A stretch of DNA of 63,577 nt, counting the filler, from Actinomycetota bacterium (GTDB lineage: Bacteria; Actinomycetota; CADDZG01; JAHWKV01; JAOPZY01), in assembly GCA_025963875.1 (NCBI GenBank). It is 7 parts of 7 records of this genome, joined end to end, with 100 filler letters (N's around TTAATTAATTAA, not from the genome) between each part and the next. Parts side by side here need not be neighbours in the genome. Positions count along the whole stretch, not along the records: positions 17,978 to 31,137 come from JAOPZY010000118.1; 6 more parts are not named here. One strand, 5' to 3'. Below are positions 19,428-29,047 of the stretch, piece by piece. A model generated the notes under the pieces. That model had not been told where the DNA came from. It was given only the letters and a program-made list of their open reading frames with translations, and ran no database searches. The translations under genes were made by a program, and so were the position numbers. The first letter of the stretch is position 1, and each line of letters opens with the position of its first letter.

Positions 19428-20557
19428 GCGAACCTGCCCCGGGCGCGCGCCGGCGGACGGTTCAGGTCCCTCGCCCGCCTGGCGGCAGAGATCAGCTCGG
19501 GAGCGGTCAGGACGCCCACCACGGTGCCGTCGCGGGTGACCACGACCGGCCCTTTCGCGATCGTCGAGATCAACGGGAGCACCGGGTGGTCCACGTCGAC
19601 GGACGGCAGGCCCGCGATGGGCCGGGCGGCGGCTCCGGCGGTCTGGGCCCGGGTGCCGGCGGGCAGCCCACGGATGTCCTCCATGGTGAGCACGCCCGAC
19701 GGACCCTGCCCGTCGCCGACCAGCAGGGATTCGAGGTGGTGGTCACGGTAGAACTGGTCGCCGGTGACCGCGGACAGCGGCGTGTCCGGCGTCACCATCG
19801 GGGGCACCGCCACCAGCTGCCCGACTGTCGCACCGGCCAGACCCTCCCGGAGATTGGCCTGGTACTCCTCGGCGACCGCCGCCTGGATCAGGAACCAGCC
19901 GATCAGCGCCAGCCACAGGCCACCGGCGAAGCCGCCCGCGAAGAGTTCCAGGACCCCGAGGGCAAGGACGAGGCCCCCGAGCACCCGGCCGGCCCTGGCC
20001 GCCACCCGGACGGCCTTCCAGCGGTTGCCGGTGACCCTCCAGACGATGGCCGTGAGGATCCGGCCGCCGTCGAGCGGCGCCCCGGGCAGGAGGTTGAAGA
20101 TCGCGAGCAGGAGGTTGAGCCAGCCGAGTTCGCCGAAGAGATCGGAGACCCACTGGACCCCGAGGCGCTGGCCGAGGTAGGCGATGAGACCGAACGCCGC
20201 TGCGAGCACGATGCTCGTCCACGGCCCCACCGCGGTCAGGGCGAACTCGTCCCCGGGCCTGGTCACCTCGTCGGAGTAGACCTCGGTCGCCCCACCGAAG
20301 AGGTACATCGTGATGCCCCCGACGGGAACGCCGCGGTGCCGGGCCTCCAGAGCGTGGGCGATCTCATGGGCGATCACCGACAGCGAGAACAGGGCGGCGG
20401 CGGCGACCGCGATGACCAGCGCGGTGCCGGCCGGGTAACTAAGGTTGAAGCGGGTCCAGAAGCTCCAGGTGAGGAGCGCAAGGATGATGAACCAGGAGGC
20501 GTCGGCGCGCACGGGGACACCCCCGATCCGCATGAATGTTCTTGCGCGGGAGAACAT
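19424..20557 (-). CDS. Site-2 (M50) metalloprotease with CBS-like C-terminus
   Basis: HEIAH, FNLLPGAPLDGG. Confidence 0.9.
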   Translation of the reverse strand: MFSRARTFMRIGGVPVRADASWFIILALLTWSFWTRFNLSYPAGTALVIAVAAAALFSLSVIAHEIAHALEARHRGVPVGGITMYLFGGATEVYSDEVTRPGDEFALTAVGPWTSIVLAAAFGLIAYLGQRLGVQWVSDLFGELGWLNLLLAIFNLLPGAPLDGGRILTAIVWRVTGNRWKAVRVAARAGRVLGGLVLALGVLELFAGGFAGGLWLALIGWFLIQAAVAEEYQANLREGLAGATVGQLVAVPPMVTPDTPLSAVTGDQFYRDHHLESLLVGDGQGPSGVLTMEDIRGLPAGTRAQTAGAAARPIAGLPSVDVDHPVLPLISTIAKGPVVVTRDGTVVGVLTAPELISAARRARDLNRPPARARGRFA

Positions 20558-20668
20558 GCCGCCACTTGTACCACGGTACGTCCGCCGCAAACGCCATGGG
20601 AAGCCGTTCCGCCAAAGACCACGCGGACGCGGGATATCGACTCAACCGGGCCGGGGCATCCTCACCCC

Positions 20669-22096
20669 ATGCTGAGGGCCAGTTCTCCCGGGGGAGTAGC
20701 TCCCCGCGACCCCCTGAGCCCCGGATTCCTCCTGGGCGAGCGTCCCGTCGCCTCCCTCGAGGAGTACCGCGCCCTGGGCGGCTGGCGGGGGCTGGACAAG
20801 GCCCGGTCGATGGCGCCCGCGGCGGTCATCGCCGAGATCAGCGCCTCGGGCCTACGGGGACGCGGCGGCGCCGGCTTCCCGACCGGCACCAAGTGGGCAT
20901 CGGTGCGCGAAGGCGGGGGCCGGCACCACTACGCGGTCTGCAACGGCGCCGAGGGCGAGCCCGCCACGTTCAAGGACCGGGCCCTGATGCGGGCGAATCC
21001 CTATCAGGTCATCGAGGGCCTTCTCATCGCCGCCCACGCGGTCGAGGCGATCGAGGCCTACCTCGCCATCAAGGCGAGCTTCACCCCTGAACGCGACGCC
21101 CTCACCAGGGCGCTGGCCGAGATCGGCGCCGAGGGCCTCACCGACGACGTCCCCGTGTTCCTCGTGACCGGCCCCGAGGAATACCTCTTCGGGGAGGAGA
21201 AGGCCCTCCTGGAGGTCATCGAAGGCAACGACCCGCTCCCCCGCTGGCTGCCCCCCTACCTCCACGGCCTCTTCGTGACCGACCCGCAGCTCGGGTGGGC
21301 GGCCCACGAGAACGAGCCGGGCCACGACGAGGGCCACGAGGCCAACCCCACCCTCGTCAACAACGTCGAGACTCTGGCCAACGTCCCCCACATCCTTGCG
21401 AAGGGCTCAGCCTGGTTCCGGACGATGGGCACGGCGGCGTCGCCGGGGACGGTGGTCTGCACGGTGGTCGGCGACATCGCCGTTCCGCAGGTGCTGGAGG
21501 TGGAGCTGGGTACGCCGTTGCAGGAGGTCCTGGAAAGCTGCGGTGGGTCCCTCCCTGGCCGCAGCTTCCAGGCCGTCCTCTCCGGCGTGTCGAACCCGGT
21601 GCTGACCGCGGACCAGCTCTCGACCCCGTTGAGCTACGAGGGGATGGAGGCCGCCGGCACCGGGCTCGGGGCCGCCGGGTTCGCCGTCTACGACGACACC
21701 GCCTGCATGGTGGAGCTCGCCCGATCGGTGTCCCGGTTCCTCTACGTAGAGTCGTGCGGGCAGTGCGTCCCGTGCAAGTTCGGGACCGGCGAGATCACCG
21801 AGGCACTCGACCGCCTCCGCTCCGGCCGCGGCACGAACGAGGACCTGGACCGCATCCAGTCCCGGCTCACCATCGTCACCGACGGCAACCGGTGCTTCCT
21901 CCCCGTCGAGGAGCGGCGGGTGATCGCCAGCCTGCTGCTGGCGTTCCCGGAGGACTTCGCCCTCCACCTCGAGGGACCGTGCCCGAGGCCCCGGGAGCTC
22001 CCGATCCCGAAAATCGTCGACCTCGAGGACGGCAAGGTCGTCTACGACCTGAAGCAGGCCACGAAGCTGCCCGACTGGACCTACGCCGAGGGCTGA
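20669..22096 (+). CDS. Stand-alone NuoF/HoxF-like FMN and [4Fe-4S] oxidoreductase
   Basis: GLRGRGGAGFPTGTKW, NGAEGEP, GEEKAL, PTLVNNVET, ESCGQCVPC..C. Confidence 0.85.
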   Translation: MLRASSPGGVAPRDPLSPGFLLGERPVASLEEYRALGGWRGLDKARSMAPAAVIAEISASGLRGRGGAGFPTGTKWASVREGGGRHHYAVCNGAEGEPATFKDRALMRANPYQVIEGLLIAAHAVEAIEAYLAIKASFTPERDALTRALAEIGAEGLTDDVPVFLVTGPEEYLFGEEKALLEVIEGNDPLPRWLPPYLHGLFVTDPQLGWAAHENEPGHDEGHEANPTLVNNVETLANVPHILAKGSAWFRTMGTAASPGTVVCTVVGDIAVPQVLEVELGTPLQEVLESCGGSLPGRSFQAVLSGVSNPVLTADQLSTPLSYEGMEAAGTGLGAAGFAVYDDTACMVELARSVSRFLYVESCGQCVPCKFGTGEITEALDRLRSGRGTNEDLDRIQSRLTIVTDGNRCFLPVEERRVIASLLLAFPEDFALHLEGPCPRPRELPIPKIVDLEDGKVVYDLKQATKLPDWTYAEG

Positions 22097-22324
22097 GGGG
22101 GCCGCGTTCCTTCTTGGTCGGCCTCGATGTAGCGGAGGGGGCCTCACTTCTTCCGCTCAACAACACAACTCTAAAATCTTCTGTGACTTGTTTGGCCGAG
22201 GAGACCCCGTACCACCGTTGCCACGGCCTCCATCCTTTGCCCATGGGGGGGTGGCGCGCTCCAGCAACTGCTGGCGGGCCAGGAGCGACCGGTTTGAGCG
22301 CCCGCTGGGAGAGGACCTCCCGCG

Positions 22325-22720
22325 TCACGGCGCCCGGGCCGGCCCGTCCATGCGGTCCATCAGCAGCTCGATCGCCGCCCAGACCGTGCGTGAGAAGGGG
22401 ACGAGCAGCACCGGCAGCAGGGCGTTGACCGCGACGACGACCACCGTGAGCCCGGTCCAGGGGACGTTCGGCCAGGTGATGAGCACGACGGCGAGGGCGA
22501 GGGCCACGAACACGATCTCGGTCACGCCCAGGTTGACGATGATCCAGCCGACCGTGGCGTCGCTGTCACGGTTGAAGGTCAGCCCGCAGCCGGGACAGGG
22601 GTCCGGGGGCTTGAACCAGCCGGAGAACAGCTCGCGCCGCCCGCACCGTGGGCAACGGAGCAGGAAGCCCCGCAGCAGGAGCGTCGGGGGCCTGACCCTC
22701 TTCGCCGCCCGACCCGCCAC
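22325..22720 (-). CDS. DUF983-like membrane protein with zinc ribbon
   Basis: RCPRCG..LF..CPGCG, two TM helices; GGAGGAGG SD before GTG 22720. Confidence 0.75.
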   Translation of the reverse strand: MAGRAAKRVRPPTLLLRGFLLRCPRCGRRELFSGWFKPPDPCPGCGLTFNRDSDATVGWIIVNLGVTEIVFVALALAVVLITWPNVPWTGLTVVVVAVNALLPVLLVPFSRTVWAAIELLMDRMDGPARAP

Positions 22721-22848
22721 GACTGCTCCCTCCTCCCCTGGCACGAACCTGGGGGACCGTGATTCGGTAAAGACTCGCACAGAACGATCCGCGTGATGTA
22801 GTTTCATTCTGGCGACTGGTGCAATTGGCAGGGGAATGGGAGGCAGAT

Positions 22849-22938
22849 TTGGCTGCTCAGTGGATTCTCACCGTGTTCTTGCTGGTGATTGCCATAGGCT
22901 TCGGCATCTACGGCTACAACCAGTTCAGGAAGCGGTAG
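22849..22938 (+). CDS. 29-aa single-TM small protein (absent from the ORF track)
   Basis: GGGAGG SD, 5 nt, TTG; MAAQWILTVFLLVIAIGFGIYGYNQFRKR*. Confidence 0.6.
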   Translation: MAAQWILTVFLLVIAIGFGIYGYNQFRKR

Positions 22939-22958
22939 GCAACCTCGCAGAAGTGTCG

Positions 22959-22982
22959 TCGCCCGGGGACGTCCCCGGGCGA
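22959..22982. terminator. Perfect 24-bp palindrome between convergent genes
   Basis: TCGCCCGGGGACGTCCCCGGGCGA. Confidence 0.55.
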
Positions 22983-23010
22983 TTGCATTTCCGGGACCCG
23001 GAGGGACGCC

Positions 23011-25809
23011 CTAACCGGTGTTGCCGAGACCTGCGGCCACCCCGTTGACCGTCAGCAGCAGAGCCCGCCGCAGCAGCGGGTCGGCGTCGTCGCCTGACCG
23101 GAGTCGGGCGAGCAGGCCCACCTGGAGGTAGCAGATCGGGTCGAGCTGCGGCCGGCGGACGAGGATAGCCCGCTGCAGCTCCGGCTGGCGGTCGAGCAGG
23201 CGATGCTCGCCGGTGAGGCGCAGGATCTCCCGGACGGTCAGCTCGTGCTCGGCCCGCACCGCCTCGAACAGGTGTCGGCGGGACGGTTCGACCAGGGTCC
23301 GGACGTAGTGCTCGGCGATCTCCATGTCGGTCTTCGCCAGGGTCATCTCCACCTTGGAGACGAAGGTCCGGAAGAAATGCCACCGGCGGTACATGTCCAT
23401 GAGGGCGTCGGACCAGCCCCGTTTGCGGGCGGCGGCGAGGCCGGAGCCCAGCCCGTACCACCCGGGGACCAGCTGGCGGGACTGGGTCCAGCCGAACACC
23501 CACGGGATGGCCCGCATGCTCGCGAGGCCTCCTTCGCCGCCGGGCCGGGAGGTGGGCCGTGAGCCGATGTTGAGGTTGGCCAGCTCTTCGGCGGGCGTGG
23601 CGGCCTTGAAGTACTCGAGCAGGCCCGGTGTCTCGAAGAAGCTGCGGTAGGCAGCGAAGGCGCCCTCGGAGACCTCCTGCATCACTGCGTCCCAGTGCGC
23701 CAGGACGCCGGCGGGCACCCGGGACTCCCGGTGCAGCAGCGACGCCTCGAGGACGGCCCCCAGCGCCAGCTCCAGGTTGTAGCGGGCCAGGCGGGGCAGG
23801 CCGTACTTCGCGGAGATGACCTCGCCCTGCTCGGTCACCTTGATCTGCCCTTCCAGCGTCCCGAAGGGCTGGGCGAGGATGGCCTCGTGCGTCGGCCCAC
23901 CGCCCCGGCTCACGGTCCCGCCCCTGCCGTGGAAGAGGCGGAGGACGGCGCTGTGGTTCTGCACGACGTCGCGGAGCTGCCGCTGGGCCCGGTGGATCTC
24001 CCACTGCGACGTGGTGATCCCTGCGTCCTTGTTCGAGTCCGAGTAGCCGAGCATCACCTCCTGCACGTCGCCGCGCAGCTCCACGATGCGCCGGTAGGCC
24101 GGCTCACTCAGCAGCGCGTCCATGATCGAGCCCGCGTGCCGGAGCTCGTCGATGGTCTCGAAGAGCGGGACGAAGCCGATCCGGGCGACCCCGCCGTGCA
24201 CGTCGACGAGCCCGGCCTCCCTGGCAAGGACCGCCGCGGCCAGGATGTCGTCGGGCCCCCGGGTCATGGAGACCACGTAGCTCTCGACGGCGTCGGGGCC
24301 GAAGCGGTCGAGGGCTCTCCGGATAGCTCCGAAGGCCGCCATCGTGCGGGCGTGGTCGCCAACGAGGGTCGTCGTGGGGCCGATGAGCGGGCGGCGGCTG
24401 GACAGCTCGGCGCTCAGGATCCTGCAGCGCTCGTCCGGTTCCAGGGTGGCGTAGGGAGCGGGGAGCGCGCCCACGAGATCGAAGAGTGCCCCCACCACGG
24501 CATGGTGGGCGGACGCGTGCTCGCGCACGTCCATCGTGGCCATACCGAAGCCGAGCGTGGCGGCGGTGCGGATCGACCGGCGTAGCCGGTCGGCGAGCAG
24601 GTCGCCGCGGTTGCGCCGGAGGGACTCCTCCATGAGTGCCAGGTCCGCCAGGAGCCCGGCCGGCTCGGCGTAGTCCGTCCCCGGCCGGTGGGGCCCGGCC
24701 TCTCGCAGGCGGTCTGCCGTGTTGCGGAGGCGCTCGCGGATGAAACAGCACTTGAGCCGGTAGGGCTCCTCCGCGTGGAGGCGGCGGTACCGCTCGAAGA
24801 CGTCCGGCAAGGCCGACTCGTCGTCCTTCAGGCTGGCCGTGAGCTCCGGCGAGATCTCGACGACCCGTACCGAGCTGCTCAGGTCGCGGTAGAGGCTGTC
24901 GACGATGCGGATGAGGGCCGTGATCCCCAGCTCGTGCTGTGACGCCAGGACCTCCAGCGTGACCTCCGGGGTGATGAACGGGTTGCCGTCGCGGTCGCCC
25001 CCGACCCAGTTGCCGAACCGGAGCGGTCGGGCGGCGAGCGGCAGTGCGACGCCGAGCCGGCCGAGCTCACGATCCAGGTCCTCCAGCAGGTCGGGCACGA
25101 CCTCGCGGTAGAGCTCGTCGAGGTAGAACAGGACGCTCGATGCCTCCTCGAGGGGCTCGGGCTTTCCCTGGCGGAGCTCGTCGGTCTGCCACATGGCGTC
25201 GATGACCTCCGCGATCCGGCGGTCGGCACGCTCGGCGTCGGTCCCGGTGGCCGCCGTCGAGCGCTGGACGAGCAGCCCGGCCACCTGGCGCAGCTTGGTG
25301 AGCATCGAGCGGCGGGCCGCCTCGGTGGGATGGGCGGTGAACACCGGACGCATCTCCAGGTTCCCGGCGATCCGCTCGATCAGCTCCGGGCTCTCGCCCT
25401 CGTCCAGGATGCGGTCCACGGTCTGGCTGAGGCGGCCGATCCGGTGGTGCTGGAGGTCCGCCAGCTCGCCCACCTGGTGCACCTGCTGGGCCACGGTGGC
25501 GAGGCGGGAATGGGACGAGAACGCCCGCACCAGGCGGATCGTGGTCCCGAGGTCGAGTCCGTCGAGCAGCGCCCGGAGCTCCTCGCCCGCCTGCAGGGAG
25601 GACGAGAGGGACCGCTCGGTGAGCCCCCGGATCCGGGCGACCAGCGCCGGGAGCTCGGGGCCCTCCTGGCGGGCGAGCGACTGTTCCAGCAGGTCGCCGA
25701 GCCGGCGGATGTCCGCCCGCAGGGCCGCCTGGGGATTGGCACCGGCACGGAGGTCGGGCGACGAGAGTGCCTCGAGCCGCAACGATCCGCTCCGCCCGAG
25801 GGCGGTCAC
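23011..25809 (-). CDS. ppc: Phosphoenolpyruvate carboxylase
   Basis: VFTAHPTE, WVGGDRDGNP, VMLGYSDSNKDAG, FHGRGGTVSRGGGP, RAIPWVFGWTQSR, GLGNTG. Confidence 0.97.
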   Translation of the reverse strand: MTALGRSGSLRLEALSSPDLRAGANPQAALRADIRRLGDLLEQSLARQEGPELPALVARIRGLTERSLSSSLQAGEELRALLDGLDLGTTIRLVRAFSSHSRLATVAQQVHQVGELADLQHHRIGRLSQTVDRILDEGESPELIERIAGNLEMRPVFTAHPTEAARRSMLTKLRQVAGLLVQRSTAATGTDAERADRRIAEVIDAMWQTDELRQGKPEPLEEASSVLFYLDELYREVVPDLLEDLDRELGRLGVALPLAARPLRFGNWVGGDRDGNPFITPEVTLEVLASQHELGITALIRIVDSLYRDLSSSVRVVEISPELTASLKDDESALPDVFERYRRLHAEEPYRLKCCFIRERLRNTADRLREAGPHRPGTDYAEPAGLLADLALMEESLRRNRGDLLADRLRRSIRTAATLGFGMATMDVREHASAHHAVVGALFDLVGALPAPYATLEPDERCRILSAELSSRRPLIGPTTTLVGDHARTMAAFGAIRRALDRFGPDAVESYVVSMTRGPDDILAAAVLAREAGLVDVHGGVARIGFVPLFETIDELRHAGSIMDALLSEPAYRRIVELRGDVQEVMLGYSDSNKDAGITTSQWEIHRAQRQLRDVVQNHSAVLRLFHGRGGTVSRGGGPTHEAILAQPFGTLEGQIKVTEQGEVISAKYGLPRLARYNLELALGAVLEASLLHRESRVPAGVLAHWDAVMQEVSEGAFAAYRSFFETPGLLEYFKAATPAEELANLNIGSRPTSRPGGEGGLASMRAIPWVFGWTQSRQLVPGWYGLGSGLAAARKRGWSDALMDMYRRWHFFRTFVSKVEMTLAKTDMEIAEHYVRTLVEPSRRHLFEAVRAEHELTVREILRLTGEHRLLDRQPELQRAILVRRPQLDPICYLQVGLLARLRSGDDADPLLRRALLLTVNGVAAGLGNTG

Positions 25810-25903
25810 CGGTCGTCCCGGCGTCCACCACGCATCTGTCCATCTTGCGAGGGATTGCCGGTGGCTATGTCACAGGTGCGTGACGATCTGATGAATTTTG
25901 GTC

Positions 25904-27250
25904 TCACGAAGCATCCAGTAGGTCCCGGGCCACGGCAGGCCAGAGATCTGCGCACAGCGCCATCGACGCCTGGTCGATCCGCTCGTCGTCGCCGTGCACC
26001 CTTGCGGAGTAGTCGGTGAAGCTGAGGCGGTCGCTGAAGAGGCCGAAACCGTAGGCGGCGGTCCCGAAGGCCCGGAAGAAGCGGGCGTCGCTTGCGCCGG
26101 TCGCCAGGAAGGGCACGATCTGGGCACCGGGCACCAGGCGGCACGAGACCCGCTGGATCGTGTCCCACAGGGGGGTCTGCATCGGCGATGCGGTCGAGGG
26201 ATCGTGGGTGTCGACATGGATGTCGATCGACCCGGCGAGCTCGCCGAGGGCGTCGGCGAGCATCGCTTCCACGTCGTTCTCGGTCTGTCCTGGCAGCGTG
26301 CGGATGTCGAGTTGCAGCCTCGCCCGGTCCGGGATGACGTTGGCCTTCGTCCCGGCCCGCATCATCGTCGGGGCCATCGACGTGTGGGTCGAGGCGTGCA
26401 CGAACCGGGCGTAGGAGGCGTCCGTGGCGGTCTCGCAGATCTGGCCGATGCCGTTGGGATCGAGCAGGGCCGCCCCAAGCTCGGGGGCCAGCTCCATGCC
26501 CTCGACGAAGCCCCGCCAGACGTCGGGCACGACCGTCGCGGGCCGGTACTCCGACAGCCGGCGGATGATCTCGCCGGCCTTGACGATGGCGTTGTCACCA
26601 CGGAACGGGCGGGAGCCGTGGCCTGGAGTGCCCCTGACCCGCAGGGTGCACCAGTAGACGCCCTTCTCGGCGACCATCACCGGGAGCTTGGGGCCGCCGG
26701 CGGAGCTGAGCGGCAGGTCGAACCCGCCCGCCTCGGTGATGCAGTAGTCGGCCCGGACGGCATCCGCCTGGTGGGCGAGCAGCCATCGGGCCCCGAACTC
26801 GCCCCCGGCTTCCTCGTCGGCCACCGCCAGGTACTTGAGCGTTCCCTTCGGTCGCCAGCCGCTCGCTGCGAGGTGGCGGACCGCGACGGCCATGGAGCCC
26901 GTCAGGCAGAGCATGTCGATGGCGCCCCTGCCCCAGACCTCGCCGTCGACCAGGTCGCCGCCGAACGGGTCACGCTGCCAGTCGTCCTCGTTGACCGGGA
27001 CGACATCGGTGTGGCCCATGAGCAGCAGGGTCGGGGCCGTCGGGTCGCTGCCCTCGATGGTGGCGACGAGGCTGCCCCGCCCCGGGAGGGGCTCGTAGAT
27101 CTCGAGGTCGACCCCGGACCCGTCGAAGTAGGAGGCCAGCATCTCGGCGCTCTTCATCTCGTTGCCCGAGGTCGGGGAACCGTCGTTGACACAGGCGTTG
27201 CGGATGAGCTGCTGGGTGACCTCCGTGGTCTCGTCGAGGAGTTCGCTCAC
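25904..27250 (-). CDS. M20/M25/M40 metallopeptidase (DapE/ArgE-like)
   Basis: GHTDVVP, GRGAIDM, ADEEAGG, TEAGG, HGDDERI; GTG overlaps the upstream TGA. Confidence 0.9.
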   Translation of the reverse strand: MSELLDETTEVTQQLIRNACVNDGSPTSGNEMKSAEMLASYFDGSGVDLEIYEPLPGRGSLVATIEGSDPTAPTLLLMGHTDVVPVNEDDWQRDPFGGDLVDGEVWGRGAIDMLCLTGSMAVAVRHLAASGWRPKGTLKYLAVADEEAGGEFGARWLLAHQADAVRADYCITEAGGFDLPLSSAGGPKLPVMVAEKGVYWCTLRVRGTPGHGSRPFRGDNAIVKAGEIIRRLSEYRPATVVPDVWRGFVEGMELAPELGAALLDPNGIGQICETATDASYARFVHASTHTSMAPTMMRAGTKANVIPDRARLQLDIRTLPGQTENDVEAMLADALGELAGSIDIHVDTHDPSTASPMQTPLWDTIQRVSCRLVPGAQIVPFLATGASDARFFRAFGTAAYGFGLFSDRLSFTDYSARVHGDDERIDQASMALCADLWPAVARDLLDAS

Positions 27251-28095
27251 CGCGATGGGACCTCCGCCGGGTGCACCGCGGTCCAGCGGCCGCCGGTGCG
27301 GTGGATGCGGACGGCGATGCCGAAGCAGCGGCTCACGACGTCGTCGGTCAGGACGTCGTCCGCGGCCCCGCTGGCCACCACCCGGCCCCCGTCGAGCAGG
27401 AGGGCATGGTCGGTGGTCACCGGCAGGTCCTCCAGGTGGTGCGACACCACGACGCTCGCCAGGTCGGGCTCCTCGCCGGCGAGCTGCGCCAGGGCCGCGA
27501 GCAGGTCCTCCCGGCCGGCCATGTCGAGGCCGGCGGTGGGCTCGTCCAGCAGCAGGAGGCGGGGCGCCGGCATGAGGGCCCGGGCGATGAGGACCCGGCC
27601 GCGCTCGCCGTCCGAGCAGGTGCCGAACTCCCGGCCCACGAGGCGGTCGACCCCCATGACCTCGAGGAGCCGGGCCACCCGGCGGCGCTCGGGGGGGCCG
27701 TAGCTTTCCCAGAGGGGCTGGATGGTGCCGGTGGCGCCGGTGAGGACCACGTCCTCGACGGCAAGGTCCAGCGGCGGCGGCCGAAGGGACGGGTTCACGA
27801 ACCCGATGAGCGGCCACAGCGTTCGGACGTCGACCCTGCCCAGGCGGCGGCCCAGAACGTCCACCGTCCCGGCGCTCGGGTGGCGCAGGCCACCGGCGAT
27901 GCGCAGCAGCGTGGATTTGCCAGCGCCGTTGGGACCGAGGAGGGCCCAGTGCTCGCCGGGGCGGACCTGCCAGTCGATGCCGTCGAGGAGCACCGTGCCC
28001 TCGGGCGTCCATACGCGCACCCCGCTGAGGGCGAGCAGGTCCGTCCGGTCTGTCAGATCCGAGGCGCGTGGAAGAGGGTTCGTAGCAGAGGTCAC
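27247..28095 (-). CDS. Orphan ABC ATPase (ModF/YlmA-like)
   Basis: GPNGAGKST, CSDGER signature variant, LLLLDEPT, VSHH. Confidence 0.85.
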   Translation of the reverse strand: MTSATNPLPRASDLTDRTDLLALSGVRVWTPEGTVLLDGIDWQVRPGEHWALLGPNGAGKSTLLRIAGGLRHPSAGTVDVLGRRLGRVDVRTLWPLIGFVNPSLRPPPLDLAVEDVVLTGATGTIQPLWESYGPPERRRVARLLEVMGVDRLVGREFGTCSDGERGRVLIARALMPAPRLLLLDEPTAGLDMAGREDLLAALAQLAGEEPDLASVVVSHHLEDLPVTTDHALLLDGGRVVASGAADDVLTDDVVSRCFGIAVRIHRTGGRWTAVHPAEVPSR

Positions 28096-28157
28096 GCGCC
28101 CAGCATAGTCACAGGACAGGGGCCGGGGCGGGTGGGGGCCGGCCTCGCCCTGGCCGA

Positions 28158-28199
28158 ACTTGGGCGCAGAACGCGCGCATGTGCGCGCTGGGCTCCTAA
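28158..28199 (-). repeat. Family A repeat, degenerate reverse copy
   Basis: Reverse strand TTAGGAGCCCAGCGCGCACATGCGCGCG...CGCCCAAGT shares both the core and the flank of copy 1. Confidence 0.55.
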
Positions 28200-28460
28200 G
28201 GTCCGGGACCAGCGAAATTTTTTCGGCAAAGACGAGGATTCTTCGGTTCACGAGCGTCCTGGTTGGTAAGGGTCCTGAGTGGTCACCCATGCGGAGGAGG
28301 TGCCATCGAGATGACAACAGTGCCGTGATGCGACAGCGCTGAGGAGGAGTCCGGGGGGTTGGGCCGTACGACGATTTGAGTTGCGCCACCGTGCGGAAGG
28401 AGAGCGCCGACTTTGATGTCTCCGTCGGGGGGCCCCGCCGGGCCTCCAAACTACGTAGCC

Positions 28461-29009
28461 ATGGACCGTGGCGACCTCCTGCTCCACTACTACGGAGGAG
28501 GCGACGGCGAGGCGTTCGCGGTGTTCTACACAAAGGCTGTCCCATTCCTCTTCCTGGTCATCCGGGAGTGCGGCGGCCCCCCCTCTCCGCATGAGGCGTG
28601 GGACGTCGTCCAGGAGGTCCTCCTGCGAGTCGCCAGATCGAAGGGCACCAAAGGCGCCTGGAATGGTGAGCGGGCTGTCGAGGCGTGGTTGAAGACGATC
28701 ACGCGAAACATGATTGTCGACAAGGTCCGGCAGCGCCGGGCCCGGGAGATTCCCCATGGGGAGATACCCGAGCCCCGCCGTGGGGACTGGTTCTCCGGTG
28801 GACAGCAATCCGACGATATTCCGATGGAAGTGGCTCGGCTCCGTGAGGCTCTGGACAGACTCCCTCCGGAGCTGAAGGACGTGATCGAAATGAAGAACCT
28901 CGGGATGTCGAACCTCGAGGTCGGGTGCATCAAGGGCTGGCTGCCCGCCAAAGCGGACCGCAAGGTGCGCGTGGCCAGGGAGAAGCTTCTGGAGCTACTG
29001 AACGATTGA
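28461..29009 (+). CDS. ECF sigma factor
   Basis: GDGEAFAVFY, region 2 (EAWDVVQEVLL, EAWLKTITRNMIVDKVR), region 4 (LREALDRLP..KDVIEM..GMSNLEVG..RVAREKL). Confidence 0.85.
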   Translation: MDRGDLLLHYYGGGDGEAFAVFYTKAVPFLFLVIRECGGPPSPHEAWDVVQEVLLRVARSKGTKGAWNGERAVEAWLKTITRNMIVDKVRQRRAREIPHGEIPEPRRGDWFSGGQQSDDIPMEVARLREALDRLPPELKDVIEMKNLGMSNLEVGCIKGWLPAKADRKVRVAREKLLELLND

Positions 29010-29047
29010 GACCGGCGGTCTAGAGAACTCAAGGAGGTCCTGGAACC

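Noticed and set aside
19586..20668. N-terminal extension of the NuoF-like ORF (836 aa)
   Set aside because: It overlaps the M50 protease antisense; homology starts near 20669
22100..22320. Possible ncRNA or riboswitch in an AT-richer intergenic stretch
   Set aside because: No recognisable family motif or convincing structure; an Rfam scan would be needed
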